A DNA stretch of 64,000 nt from Gammaproteobacteria bacterium (GTDB lineage: Bacteria; Pseudomonadota; Gammaproteobacteria; Eutrophobiales; Eutrophobiaceae): contig CBDCTH010000012.1 of assembly GCA_965222155.1 (NCBI GenBank), positions 3,328,001 to 3,392,000 of the forward strand. The letters are read 5' to 3'. The stretch's first letter is position 1; every line of letters begins with the position of its first letter. The translations under genes were made by a program, and so were the position numbers. A model generated the notes under the pieces. That model was given only the letters and a program-made list of their open reading frames with translations. It searched no databases and was not told the origin of the DNA. Below are positions 48,601 to 57,463 of the stretch, one piece after another.

Positions 48601-50991
48601 CGTCGCTGTGGCGCCGGCGCTATCGGTAATGGTGTACTCAAAACTGGCGGTTGTCGGTGTGTCGGCGCCGTCGTGTTGAACGTCTATAGACGTAATCCGC
48701 CAACTTGAAGCCGGAGTGGGGCTGACGCTGATGTTGGCCGTGGCCTTGCTGACGGCTGTAATGCGCAGTGTATCCCCGTCCGCATCCCGGTCATTGGCCA
48801 GTAAGGTTGCGGCTGACAGGGTAACCCGACCACCCTGGTCCAGCGTTACCTCATCATCCCCGGCCACCGGTGCCGTGTTGCGAGAAGGCGGTGGTGGGGG
48901 AGGCGGCGTTGGCTTATCCAGCACGGTCACGGTGAGCGGGAATTCGCCCAGCTGCGCGCCTTCCTCGTCCTCGGGCGTCAGCGTGTAGGTGACGGTGCCG
49001 AGCGCATCGGGCGTCACCACGTAGCGGCCTTCCTCCGGGTCCACGTCCGCCGTCGTCCCGTCGGGCAGCGTCACGACCACGCGCACCACGTCCTGGCGCG
49101 GCGTCCATTGCAGGGCCGAACTCTCGCCCAGCTTGATGCTCGCCGGGTCCGCTATCACATTCGACAGTACCGCGTCGTCCGCCCAGGTCGGCCGCACCGG
49201 GGTGACGGTCACGGTGAGCGGGAATTCGCCCAGCTGCGCGCCTTCCTCGTCCTCGGGCGTCAGCGTGTAGGTGACGGTGCCGAGCGCATCGGGCGTCACC
49301 ACGTAGCGGCCTTCCTCCGGGTCCACGTCCGCCGTCGTCCCGTCGGGCAGCGTCACGACCACGCGCACCACGTCCTGGCGCGGCGTCCATTGCAGGGCCG
49401 AACTCTCGCCCAGCTTGATGCTCGCCGGGTCCGCTATCACATTCGACAGTACCGCGTCGTCCGCCCAGGTCGGCCGCACCGGGGTGACGGTCACGGTGAG
49501 CGGGAATTCGCCCAGCTGCGCGCCTTCCTCGTCCTCGGGCGTCAGCGTGTAGGTGACGGTGCCGAGCGCATCGGGCGTCACCACGTAGCGGCCTTCCTCC
49601 GGGTCCACGTCCGCCGTCGTCCCGTCGGGCAGCGTCACGACCACGCGCACCACGTCCTGGCGCGGCGTCCATTGCAGGGCCGAACTCTCGCCCAGCTTGA
49701 TGCTCGCCGGGTCCGCTATCACATTCGACAGTACCGCGTCGTCCGCCCAGGTCGGCCGCACCGGGGTGACGGTCACGGTGAGCGGGAATTCGCCCAGCTG
49801 CGCGCCTTCCTCGTCCTCGGGCGTCAGCGTGTAGGTGACGGTGCCGAGCGCATCGGGCGTCACCACGTAGCGGCCTTCCTCCGGGTCCACGTCCGCCGTC
49901 GTCCCGTCGGGCAGCGTCACGACCACGCGCACCACGTCCTGGCGCGGCGTCCATTGCAGGGCCGAACTCTCGCCCAGCTTGATGCTCGCCGGGTCCGCTA
50001 TCACATTCGACAGTACCGCGTCGTCCGCCCAGGTCGGCCGCACCGGGGTGACGGTCACGGTGAGCGGGAATTCGCCCAGCTGCGCGCCTTCCTCGTCCTC
50101 GGGCGTCAGCGTGTAGGTGACGGTGCCGAGCGCATCGGGCGTCACCACGTAGCGGCCTTCCTCCGGGTCCACGTCCGCCGTCGTCCCGTCGGGCAGCGTC
50201 ACGACCACGCGCACCACGTCCTGGCGCGGCGTCCATTGCAGGGTCGAGGTCTCGCCCAGCTTGATGCTCGCCGGGTTCGCTATCACGTTGGTCAGCGCCG
50301 GACCGCTCAGCTGCGCCACCGCTGGCGCGGCCAGTCCGGCCAGGGTCAATATGGTAGCGAGGGCCTGTAAGAGCCTGCGCTGAAAAGTCGGGGTCGAGCT
50401 GTTGGGGAGAGAACGAGGAGTGTAAGTTCCGGCAGCGGGGCTATGCGTTAGGCTTTGCGGAAAATGTGGGGGGGTGGATAAGTCTTTGTTATTATTATGT
50501 TTTATTATGTTTCCGCCTACATAGATTTCATCAGCTTTAACGATGCTCTGTAATAAATCGGCCTGCTTTGTCGCCATTTCCGCGCGAATTCGTTGCTGCA
50601 TATACCACGCTGTTTTCTGGTTCAGTTCTAAATCACGGGCTAATTGACCACTGGATAGGCTTTTCTTGGCATTCACCATTGAACGAATTGCCATAAACCA
50701 TTTTTGTAACGGTATTTTAGTATTGCAAAAGATGGTATTTGACAGAACGTTAAAGCTGCGCTTGCAAACGTGGCAGTTCCAGCGCCCCACTCTATCAGAG
50801 TCAGCTTTACGGGCAACATGAACGCTGGCACAATGTGGGCAGAACGGCTCATCACCCCATCGGACATTCTCTAAAAACTGAATGCAAGCTTCTTGATTGG
50901 GATGGCGGTTAGCACGGTGATTTAAGTTGACATTCATACCATTTTCTCCAAGAGGTAGGGAACTTATAGAACAACTTAAATCATTTGTCAA
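45700..50991 (-). CDS. Autotransporter adhesin (Ig-like repeats, cadherin-like domains, 2x FN3, beta-barrel) fused to an IS1595 transposase N-terminus
   Basis: NTAPVAGDD/LLANDRDADGD; FN3 YSFRVRAVN; WLARFGRT linker; terminal Phe; N-terminal CPHC..CKRSF..ARDL..DEIYVGG. Confidence 0.85.
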   Translation of the reverse strand: MTNDLSCSISSLPLGENGMNVNLNHRANRHPNQEACIQFLENVRWGDEPFCPHCASVHVARKADSDRVGRWNCHVCKRSFNVLSNTIFCNTKIPLQKWFMAIRSMVNAKKSLSSGQLARDLELNQKTAWYMQQRIRAEMATKQADLLQSIVKADEIYVGGNIIKHNNNKDLSTPPHFPQSLTHSPAAGTYTPRSLPNSSTPTFQRRLLQALATILTLAGLAAPAVAQLSGPALTNVIANPASIKLGETSTLQWTPRQDVVRVVVTLPDGTTADVDPEEGRYVVTPDALGTVTYTLTPEDEEGAQLGEFPLTVTVTPVRPTWADDAVLSNVIADPASIKLGESSALQWTPRQDVVRVVVTLPDGTTADVDPEEGRYVVTPDALGTVTYTLTPEDEEGAQLGEFPLTVTVTPVRPTWADDAVLSNVIADPASIKLGESSALQWTPRQDVVRVVVTLPDGTTADVDPEEGRYVVTPDALGTVTYTLTPEDEEGAQLGEFPLTVTVTPVRPTWADDAVLSNVIADPASIKLGESSALQWTPRQDVVRVVVTLPDGTTADVDPEEGRYVVTPDALGTVTYTLTPEDEEGAQLGEFPLTVTVTPVRPTWADDAVLSNVIADPASIKLGESSALQWTPRQDVVRVVVTLPDGTTADVDPEEGRYVVTPDALGTVTYTLTPEDEEGAQLGEFPLTVTVLDKPTPPPPPPPSRNTAPVAGDDEVTLDQGGRVTLSAATLLANDRDADGDTLRITAVSKATANISVSPTPASSWRITSIDVQHDGADTPTTASFEYTITDSAGATATATVTLTIALTVAAPVIDSFSASAVGKTVTLNWALGGGAAETLTLSYFDDGDDQEVTLETDATSHTLTLVDTGEKTFMLTATNAAGTATDTATVTVLDSVAPVIDSFSAPETVMAGEQVTLRWALSGGPVTGIEVTYSAAGDAQGSGTLGEDETVWTTTVTPTEAETVFTLTVTGPGGVATRTVTVSRNRAPVAGADTAAVLWGGSVTLAAATLLSNDTDADGDPLVISAVQDVVGGVLDEPGEAPIEELVFTHDGAAGAASFTYSIEDSRGGRATGTVSVTVSAPPPAKPAGLRATAGDAQVTLAWSALEDSSVTHWHYQQRAGSGSYGAWQRIPNSAADTTSHTLRGLVNGTPYSFRVRAVNAAGAGAVSDEVTATPVAAPAKPAGLRATAGDAQVTLAWSALEDSSVTHWHYQQRAGSGSYGAWQRIPNSAADTTSHTLRGLVNGTPYSFRVRAVNAAGAGAVSDEVTATPQRAVALARVATHWLARFGRTLAGQVVDVMHSRVQAAPTRRLTLGGQDITLDDAAAVSASEPGDTTAPAFSRQSAHQARASTQQGRRGVSALAGDGYRQGRTLRTLGAREFWYNSAFSLALAPAGSASTWSLWGRASLSQFEGRDDDVSVAGEVVSGYLGLDWHRDRFKSGVIVSHTGSDGDYGVAREDGDIDASLTSGYAWLHWLPQDALSVWALAGLGRGELELKGTGTLAPEPDLDMHMVAGGLQARLPSLSEHLALALKADVFALGLETDSVAGLAGLDADSQRLRLLLEASSDHLLSDAASLRPSVEIGARWDNGDAEDGVGLEVGAGLEYRNAASGVRLSGRGHWLVTHEKSGFEEWGASVELQVDPGRRGQGFSLRLAPTWGLPSAGAEGVWADARRPRGQSGLQADRQPAARMELQLGYGMEALSGRGLLTPYTEAALRASQVRRLRSGLRVQVTDLFEVDAYGEHRAYEFERADKRMGINLVLRF
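47186..47742 (-). repeat. Two identical FN3 repeats, 285-bp period
   Basis: Direct comparison of 47186-47457 with 47471-47742. Confidence 0.9.
48923..50290 (-). repeat. About five tandem 282-bp (94-aa) repeats
   Basis: Same motif at 48961, 49243, 49525, 49807 and 50089. Confidence 0.95.
50500..50991 (-). mobile_element. IS1595-family transposase 5' fragment
   Basis: Zn ribbon + HTH + first catalytic-region motif DEIYVGG; AT-rich relative to the adhesin. Confidence 0.8.
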
Positions 50992-51326
50992 GCCCTAATC
51001 TACTTATTTTTTAGGGATAAACAGGGTAACTGTATACTTTCAGATTCTGCCTCTGAGGACAGAAAACCAGCCGTAACACTCAGTCCGTCATGCCGATGCA
51101 GGCCGGAATCCAGTGAACAAACCAACCTTTTGTCATGCTGGCGAAAGTCCTCGCGCCGTCATTCGCATCGTCTCGGTGGGAAACAGGCGGTTACTGTTGA
51201 GTATAGGGTTGTTGCGTCGGGAGCTTGACACTACCACTCCTGCCGCTATACTTCCCTGTGACGCATTCATGCAATGGCGTCGCTATATTTTTGTGGCCAA
51301 CCGGGATAAAAAGGAGTGAAGGAATA

Positions 51327-51614
51327 ATGAACACAGTAACATTTGATACTCACCAGGCTGTAAAGGTCATCACGAACTCAGGATTAGACGACGTACAAGC
51401 CGAAGCGATAGTAACGACGATAAACAATGCTATGAATCAAAACCTCGCAACGAAGTTGGATATCGTGGCGCTGAAGGCCGACTTGGGGGCCGTGAAGGCC
51501 GACCTGGGGGCCCTGAAGATCGAATTAAAGGCTGAGATGCTGGTATTGAAATGGATGATTGGACTGGTGATAGCTGTTGAGGTATTGCCTCTTCTGAAAT
51601 CTCTTTTTGCTTAG
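51327..51614 (+). CDS. DUF1640/CCDC90-like coiled-coil membrane-anchored protein
   Basis: FDTH..QAEAI..LATK.D, heptad repeats and a C-terminal TM segment. Confidence 0.75.
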   Translation: MNTVTFDTHQAVKVITNSGLDDVQAEAIVTTINNAMNQNLATKLDIVALKADLGAVKADLGALKIELKAEMLVLKWMIGLVIAVEVLPLLKSLFA

Positions 51615-51698
51615 CCACCAGGATGGAAATTCGCGCTTCCCGGCAAGCTGATAAAATCAGCGGGAATTGCCGCACTTCCCGTACCTGAAATTGAGTCC

Positions 51699-52112
51699 TT
51701 GGTAATGCAGGTCTATAATGCCGCTATGTCCGCAATGGCTGAACGATTGACTCGGCTTCTCGCCTGCTATCCCCAGCTTAAACTGGCCATATTATTTGGT
51801 TCACAGGCAGCCGGACAAGCTACTCCCGACAGTGACATTGACCTGGGGTTGCTGTGTGATGCGCCGCTGTCGAGCAGTGCCAGGCTTGAACTCATGGAAA
51901 CGATAGGCGCTGAATTTGGTCACCCGGTTGATATTGTCGATCTGTACTACGCGCCGGAGCCTGTCCTGGGGCAGGTATTCAAAGGGAAAAGGCTGCTGGG
52001 CGAGAACACGGTTTATGCTGAGTTGTTGACGAAACACCTGATTAATACCGCCGATTTTGTTCCCCTGCAGCAGAGAATCCTGACCGAGAGGCGGGCCGCA
52101 TGGACCCGCTGA
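51699..52112 (+). CDS. Minimal nucleotidyltransferase (MntA-like antitoxin)
   Basis: LFGSQA..SDIDL..VDIVDL. Confidence 0.9.
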   Translation: MVMQVYNAAMSAMAERLTRLLACYPQLKLAILFGSQAAGQATPDSDIDLGLLCDAPLSSSARLELMETIGAEFGHPVDIVDLYYAPEPVLGQVFKGKRLLGENTVYAELLTKHLINTADFVPLQQRILTERRAAWTR

Positions 52113-52432
52113 TCAGCGCGGAAAAGCTGGAATCTCTACGCCGATGCCTCCAGCGGATACAAGAGAAAACACCGCCTGAAATTGAAAGTTTGAGGCAAAA
52201 CCCCGACGTTCAGGATATTCTGGTTCTAAATCTGACCCGCGCGGTCCAACTCTGCGTTGATATAGGCAGCCACATCGTCAGCGCATCGGACGAAGCCGCT
52301 CCAGGAACGATGAGCGACGTTTTCACCACACTCAACAAGCTTGGCGCTATCATACCAGTAACCTGCGAATCGATGAAAAAAGCCGTCGGCTTCAGGATTG
52401 ATAAATCTTGTTCAGGGAAATATCACGACTGA
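52100..52432 (+). pseudogene. HEPN/DUF86 (HepT-like) toxin truncated within the RX4-6H motif
   Basis: AVQLCVDIGSH..AVGFR followed by unrelated sequence instead of N..VH.Y. Confidence 0.75.
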
Positions 52433-52514
52433 TGAAGTATAGTGTAATCGCCGGAATATTCTGCCCGTTCAACCTCTAACATTGTGGCCTCGAATCTATA
52501 CCAATGGCTCAATT

Positions 52515-52916
52515 TTAAAGAGTTTGATAATCCTGTTTATAAAACCAGAACTCCATCTCCACCGCGGCGTTGAGGGGTAAGGCATTGACGCCTATGGCCG
52601 TGCGTGCCGGGAGGCGCATATCTGCGCTGATAACAGCTTCCCAGGATTTGTTAATCTCAGGAAACTGGTCGAATTGGGTCGTATAAATCGTTGCGCTGAC
52701 GAGGTTATCCAGAGACAGACCGAAATCAGGCAGGGCTTGCAGCAGGTTGTTGAGGATCTTTGCGGTTTCCGGACCGGCCCCGCCCGGTTCGAGTTGGCCG
52801 CTGTCCTTGTCCAGGGCGATCATGCCGGCGGTTTTATAGAACGGGCCCGATTTGACCAGCGGGCTGTAACGGAACCGGGGCGCCGGCAGATTTTTGGAAT
52901 TGAGTGCCTTAATCAT
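52515..52916 (-). CDS. RidA family protein
   Basis: YSP, PARTAIGV and LP..AAVE motifs. Confidence 0.9.
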   Translation of the reverse strand: MIKALNSKNLPAPRFRYSPLVKSGPFYKTAGMIALDKDSGQLEPGGAGPETAKILNNLLQALPDFGLSLDNLVSATIYTTQFDQFPEINKSWEAVISADMRLPARTAIGVNALPLNAAVEMEFWFYKQDYQTL

Positions 52917-52997
52917 GGTTTGTTATCCTCATGCTTGCATGTCTTCAGGGATCACAACAGTATTTCCCCGATTATTCAAGACTCTGTTGAACCGGAA

Positions 52998-55352
52998 TTA
53001 TTGAATTTTTCCCAGGGACCTCAGGATCTTCTCCGGCGTAAACGGTTGTGAAGTCACCTCTGCCCCGAAAGGCTCAAGCGCATCGTTGATCCCGTTCATG
53101 ATGGCGCCGCAGACGGCGATGATACCGGCCTCGCCACAGCCTTTTGCGCCCAGTTGCGTGGCTTTTGTCGGTGTCTCGATATGGTCGCACTCGATGTCCG
53201 GCATCTCGCTGGCCATGGGCAACAGGTACTCGAACATGTTGCCGTTCAACAACTGGCCGTTTTCATCGTAGATACATTCCTCATACAGACTTGAGCCTAT
53301 CCCCTGTACGACACTGCCGCGCATCTGCTCAACCACCAGTTTCTCGTTGATGATGCGGCCACAATCATCCACCGCCCAGACCTTGTTCAGTGTTACCAGT
53401 CCGGTATTGACGTCCACGTCCAGGGATACGCCCAGGGCGCAATTGGCGTAGACCATGAGCTGTTGGCGCTGGCTGTAATGACGGGTCACAATCAGTTCCG
53501 GCTCAAACTCCGCCGGCAGGGTATGCGTATTGAAATGGACGGTATTGCCGATTTCTGCCAGGGTGGTGACTTTCTCTTTCGTTTCCAGGTTAATCACGTC
53601 ACCGGCTTTAATGGTCAAGATGTCCGCCGGCTGTTCATGGACCGTGGCCGCCACTTCCAGGATCTTCTCGCGCATGTCCGTTGCCGCCAGCAGGCACGCC
53701 TCGCCGGCAATTGCCGTACCCCTGGATGCCCAGGTACCGCCGCCGAAGGGCGTTGTTGCGGTATCGCCCATGACGACGTTGATCTCGTCCATCGGTACGC
53801 CAAGCACGTCAGCGACGATCTGTGTAACCACGGCTTCGCCTCCCTGACCCTGGTCGGTCAACCCCGTTGCGCAGGAAATATTGCCGCCGGCCTCCAGGCG
53901 CAGAGTACAGGCGTCCCGGGAGCTGATCGGCGCGCCGCCCGCGGCATACAGGGCCGGGCTGGGCGAGGTGCCCTCTACGACGGTAACCAGGCCGATACCT
54001 TTATATACGCCTTTATCACGCGCCGCATCCCGTTCCTCCAGCAGTTTGTCGTAATCCATCATCTTCAACAGCTTGTCCAGCGACGCCTGTTGGGACAGGC
54101 ACTCAAGGTATTCTCCTGATATCCCGGTAACAGGATATGCGTCATCCTTGAATAAATTACGTTTTCTTATCTCGGCCTTGTCCATGCCTATCGCTTTGGC
54201 GGCCGCATCGACCAACCCTTCCGCCACCAGGCTGGCAACCGGCATGCCCACGCCGCGGTACTGGCCGGTGCTGACCTTGTTCTGGTAGACCAGCGAGGCA
54301 TTGGCGCGGTAGTGTTTCAGGTCGTAGGCCAGCGGCGTACAGATGGCGACCAGGAGAGGTTCGATCACACTGGTGCGGGGATGGATCAGGTAAGGCCCGG
54401 CGCCGGCCAGGTCATCCACTTCCAGGGCCTGGATTTTGCCGTCATTGTTGACTCCGATCCTTGCCTTGACCCGGTGTCCCCGGGCATGAATATCGGAAAC
54501 AAACGACTCCAGCCGATCGGCAACGAATTTCACCGGGCGGCGAATCAGCATACTGATGGCAGCGGTCGCAATCTCGTCGGAATAGACGTGCAGTTTCAGG
54601 CCGAATCCGCCCCCGATATCCGGGCAGATAATACGCACGTTTGCTTCATTCAATCCCAGTTGCTTTGCATAAATATAGCGTTGGATATGGGGAACCTGAC
54701 TGGTCAGGTACAGGGTCAGGTAACGTTTGGCAGGGTCATAATCGGCAATGGCGCCGCGCGCTTCCAGCGTAACACCGGTTTGCCGATTCACATGGAAAGT
54801 TTTCTCTACCACTACGTCAGACCCGGCCAGCACCTCATCCACTTCGCCCGTATCGATGTTGATTGACCAGGCGACGTTCGTTTCCAGCTCGGGATGAACC
54901 AGGGGCGACTCCGGCTTCAGTGCCTCCTCCGGGTCAACCACCGCAGGCAATTCCTCAAAATCCACCTCAACCAGTTCCGCCGCATCCTCGGCAACGGCTC
55001 TTGAATTGGCCACCACGGCTGCCACCGGTTCGCCCTGCCAGTGGACAACGTCTGTCGGCAGCGCGGCTTGTGGTACGGTTTTCATCTCACCCAGGTTGGT
55101 CAGTTGCGCGGTCCAGGGTTTACACACGGTTTCGATGTCCCGGCCGGTGATTACGTGACTGACGCCACTTATTTCCAGGGCTGTCGAGGTGTCAATACTG
55201 ACGATTCTTGCATGGGCGTAGGGGCTGCGGACAAAGCAGACGTGGAGCATTCCGGTTACAGTGATGTCATCCAGATAACGACCCCGGCCATGGATGTAAT
55301 TGAGGGAGTTCGGTCTGGGCGGACTTTGATCGATTATGTACGGATCAGGCAT
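52998..55352 (-). CDS. Xanthine dehydrogenase family molybdopterin-binding large subunit
   Basis: RSPYAHA, GGGFGLK, QYRGVG and GAKGCGE motifs. Confidence 0.92.
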   Translation of the reverse strand: MPDPYIIDQSPPRPNSLNYIHGRGRYLDDITVTGMLHVCFVRSPYAHARIVSIDTSTALEISGVSHVITGRDIETVCKPWTAQLTNLGEMKTVPQAALPTDVVHWQGEPVAAVVANSRAVAEDAAELVEVDFEELPAVVDPEEALKPESPLVHPELETNVAWSINIDTGEVDEVLAGSDVVVEKTFHVNRQTGVTLEARGAIADYDPAKRYLTLYLTSQVPHIQRYIYAKQLGLNEANVRIICPDIGGGFGLKLHVYSDEIATAAISMLIRRPVKFVADRLESFVSDIHARGHRVKARIGVNNDGKIQALEVDDLAGAGPYLIHPRTSVIEPLLVAICTPLAYDLKHYRANASLVYQNKVSTGQYRGVGMPVASLVAEGLVDAAAKAIGMDKAEIRKRNLFKDDAYPVTGISGEYLECLSQQASLDKLLKMMDYDKLLEERDAARDKGVYKGIGLVTVVEGTSPSPALYAAGGAPISSRDACTLRLEAGGNISCATGLTDQGQGGEAVVTQIVADVLGVPMDEINVVMGDTATTPFGGGTWASRGTAIAGEACLLAATDMREKILEVAATVHEQPADILTIKAGDVINLETKEKVTTLAEIGNTVHFNTHTLPAEFEPELIVTRHYSQRQQLMVYANCALGVSLDVDVNTGLVTLNKVWAVDDCGRIINEKLVVEQMRGSVVQGIGSSLYEECIYDENGQLLNGNMFEYLLPMASEMPDIECDHIETPTKATQLGAKGCGEAGIIAVCGAIMNGINDALEPFGAEVTSQPFTPEKILRSLGKIQ

Positions 55353-55836
55353 CGGCTTTCTTCCTTGCGATTTCTTCAATGGCGTCGACGATCGCATGAT
55401 AACCAGTGCAACGACAGTAGTTGCCCGACAGGAAGGCGCGGATCGATTCTCGATCAGTTGCCTCGTGGGTGTTCAGAAACTCCGCCGCACTAATCAACAT
55501 GCCGGGGGTGCAAAACCCGCACTGCGCGGCGTTATGTTTAAGAAATGCCTGCTGCAAGGACGCTATCTCACCACTGTCCGTTACTCCCTCAATGGTTTCA
55601 ACGGAATGACCGTGAGCCTGTGCGGCCAGGGTCAGACATGAGCGGGCAATTCGGCCGTCAAACCTCACGGTACAAGCGCCACAAATGCCCTGTTCGCAAC
55701 CCACGTGGGTGCCGGTCAGTCCGACCCGGTGGCGTAGAAAGTCCGCCAGGCTTTCCCGTGCAGGCGCCTCGGCCTCTACGAGTGTACCGTTAACCGTAAT
55801 CGAGACAGAAAAATAGGGTTCACTTTTAGCTGACAT
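55345..55836 (-). CDS. 2Fe-2S small subunit (CoxS/CutS-like)
   Basis: CEQGICGAC, QCGFC and CRCTGY motifs. Confidence 0.95.
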   Translation of the reverse strand: MSAKSEPYFSVSITVNGTLVEAEAPARESLADFLRHRVGLTGTHVGCEQGICGACTVRFDGRIARSCLTLAAQAHGHSVETIEGVTDSGEIASLQQAFLKHNAAQCGFCTPGMLISAAEFLNTHEATDRESIRAFLSGNYCRCTGYHAIVDAIEEIARKKADA

Positions 55837-55845
55837 TTCTTAGTC

Positions 55846-55915
55846 GTCGTTCCGGCGAAAGCAGAGTAGTGGCACAGGGATGTGCCATTTATGGACCAAA
55901 AGATGGAAATCCAGT
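55846..55915. repeat. REP-like element sharing the gagtagtggcaca.ggatgtgcc insert with 37553
   Basis: Same arrangement gtc.ttc.ggcgaa.gc + insert + aaatccagt. Confidence 0.6.
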
Positions 55916-55918
55916 AGA

Positions 55919-56779
55919 TTAATCATCCTTATACAATTCCTCTATAATCGTTCCCAAATAATGTTTCGCCAGATGTCGTTTCATCTCAACACTCATATAG
56001 CTGTCACCCGCTATTTCAACCTCATCATCCACAGCAGCGGTTGCCTGCTCGACCAGTTCATCTGTCAGCTTTTTATTCACCAGCAGCTGCGCGATACCGG
56101 TAGCCAGCACAGGCGTGTTGGCGACGGCAAAAAACACCGGGCTGAATGAAGTAAATACGCCATCTTCCAGCTCAGCATTGACCACCAGGCCGGTTGAGGC
56201 AAAATCCCCCCTGCGCCGCACAAATTCCCGGAAGCCACAGACGCTGGTTTGTTTGGCAATGGGAAACGAAATTGAGGTCAACAGGTCGTTTTCCTGCAAG
56301 TCCGTTTCATACAGGTCTTTGAAATAATCACGGGCGCGCGTGGTTCTTGTGCCCTGTTTGTTTTGTATGGTGAAACGAGCGTCCAGGGCCACACAGCAGG
56401 CCGGCAATTCCGATGCGGGATCGGCCAGTGACACGTTACCGCCGATCGTGCCCCGGTTACGGACAGCCGCATGGGCCACGTGCTCGATGGCTTTTGCCAA
56501 CAGCGGCGTATGCCTGGCGACAAGTTCTGATCGTTCAAGTTCTACGTGCCGGGTCAGCGCACCGGTACGCAAGAACGCCCCTTGTAGCGTGATTCCCTTG
56601 AGTTCATCCAGGTCATTGATATCGATAAGCACGTCGGGTGCGGATAAACGCATGTTCAAGGTGGGGTTCAGACTCTGTCCGCCCGCCAGTACCTTGGTAT
56701 AACCTGTCGGCCGTTCAAGCAAATCAAGGACCTGATCCACGGATTTGGCCCGGACGTAATTGAATTGAGCGGGCTTCAA
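55919..56779 (-). CDS. FAD-binding medium subunit (CoxM/CutM-like)
   Basis: MKPAQF, AGGQSL and RNRGTIGG motifs. Confidence 0.93.
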   Translation of the reverse strand: MKPAQFNYVRAKSVDQVLDLLERPTGYTKVLAGGQSLNPTLNMRLSAPDVLIDINDLDELKGITLQGAFLRTGALTRHVELERSELVARHTPLLAKAIEHVAHAAVRNRGTIGGNVSLADPASELPACCVALDARFTIQNKQGTRTTRARDYFKDLYETDLQENDLLTSISFPIAKQTSVCGFREFVRRRGDFASTGLVVNAELEDGVFTSFSPVFFAVANTPVLATGIAQLLVNKKLTDELVEQATAAVDDEVEIAGDSYMSVEMKRHLAKHYLGTIIEELYKDD

Positions 56780-56821
56780 TGAATGTCTCGGTGGGTCATA
56801 TTCGGGTTAAGCGAACTCATT

Positions 56822-57463
56822 TCATTGCCTGTTGCCATCCAGGGAGGCCAGCGCTTCAACTTCGTGCAGCTTCATAACCTCCGTGTATTTCATTTTCAGG
56901 TCAAACAGGTTGGCTTCGTGCTGTGCGATGGAACGATCTCCCACACAATCCTCGACGATCACGGGTTTGAAACCATGGCACATGGCGTCAACGGCCGAGG
57001 CGCGCACACAACCGCTGGTGGTTGCACCGCTGATTAATAAAGTCCTGATGCCCTTCATTGCCAGGTCAGAAGCCAGGTGCGTTCCGAAAAAAGCAGAGGG
57101 GAATTGTTTACGAATGATCAGGTCGCCGCGGGCAGGCGGCAGTTCCGGGACTACCTGGCTGAGGTCGGACATTTCGGTTAATTCCAGGCAACCCGGAACT
57201 TTGTCGGTAAACACGTTTGCGTCGGAACCGTCGTCTGCGTACACGATACGGGTAAAGCTGACCAGCCAGCCCCGTTTGCGGGCCAATGCCAGCAATGTCC
57301 GGGTTTTCTCGATGGCCGGCTTGATATTCCCCCCGCCGAATACCTCCGGATCAGCAAAGCTGTTGACGAAATCCACTATCAACAGCCCTGCAGGTGGCAG
57401 TAATTCCAGGCTCTTGCCAAAGCCCTGGCGATCATAAACTGTTTGCTCCGGTTGCTTACTCAT
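56822..57463 (-). CDS. Isochorismatase family amidase (N-carbamoylsarcosine/maleamate amidase-like)
   Basis: LIVDF, K..PSAFFGT and GATTSGCVRAS motifs. Confidence 0.88.
   Translation of the reverse strand: MSKQPEQTVYDRQGFGKSLELLPPAGLLIVDFVNSFADPEVFGGGNIKPAIEKTRTLLALARKRGWLVSFTRIVYADDGSDANVFTDKVPGCLELTEMSDLSQVVPELPPARGDLIIRKQFPSAFFGTHLASDLAMKGIRTLLISGATTSGCVRASAVDAMCHGFKPVIVEDCVGDRSIAQHEANLFDLKMKYTEVMKLHEVEALASLDGNRQ

Noticed and set aside
48914-50370. Long alternative-frame ORFs (440 and 420 aa)
   Set aside because: Shadows of the GC-rich 282-bp tandem repeat in the adhesin
52998-56779. Aerobic CO dehydrogenase coxMSL
   Set aside because: Active-site loop QYRGVGM does not match CODH form I or II
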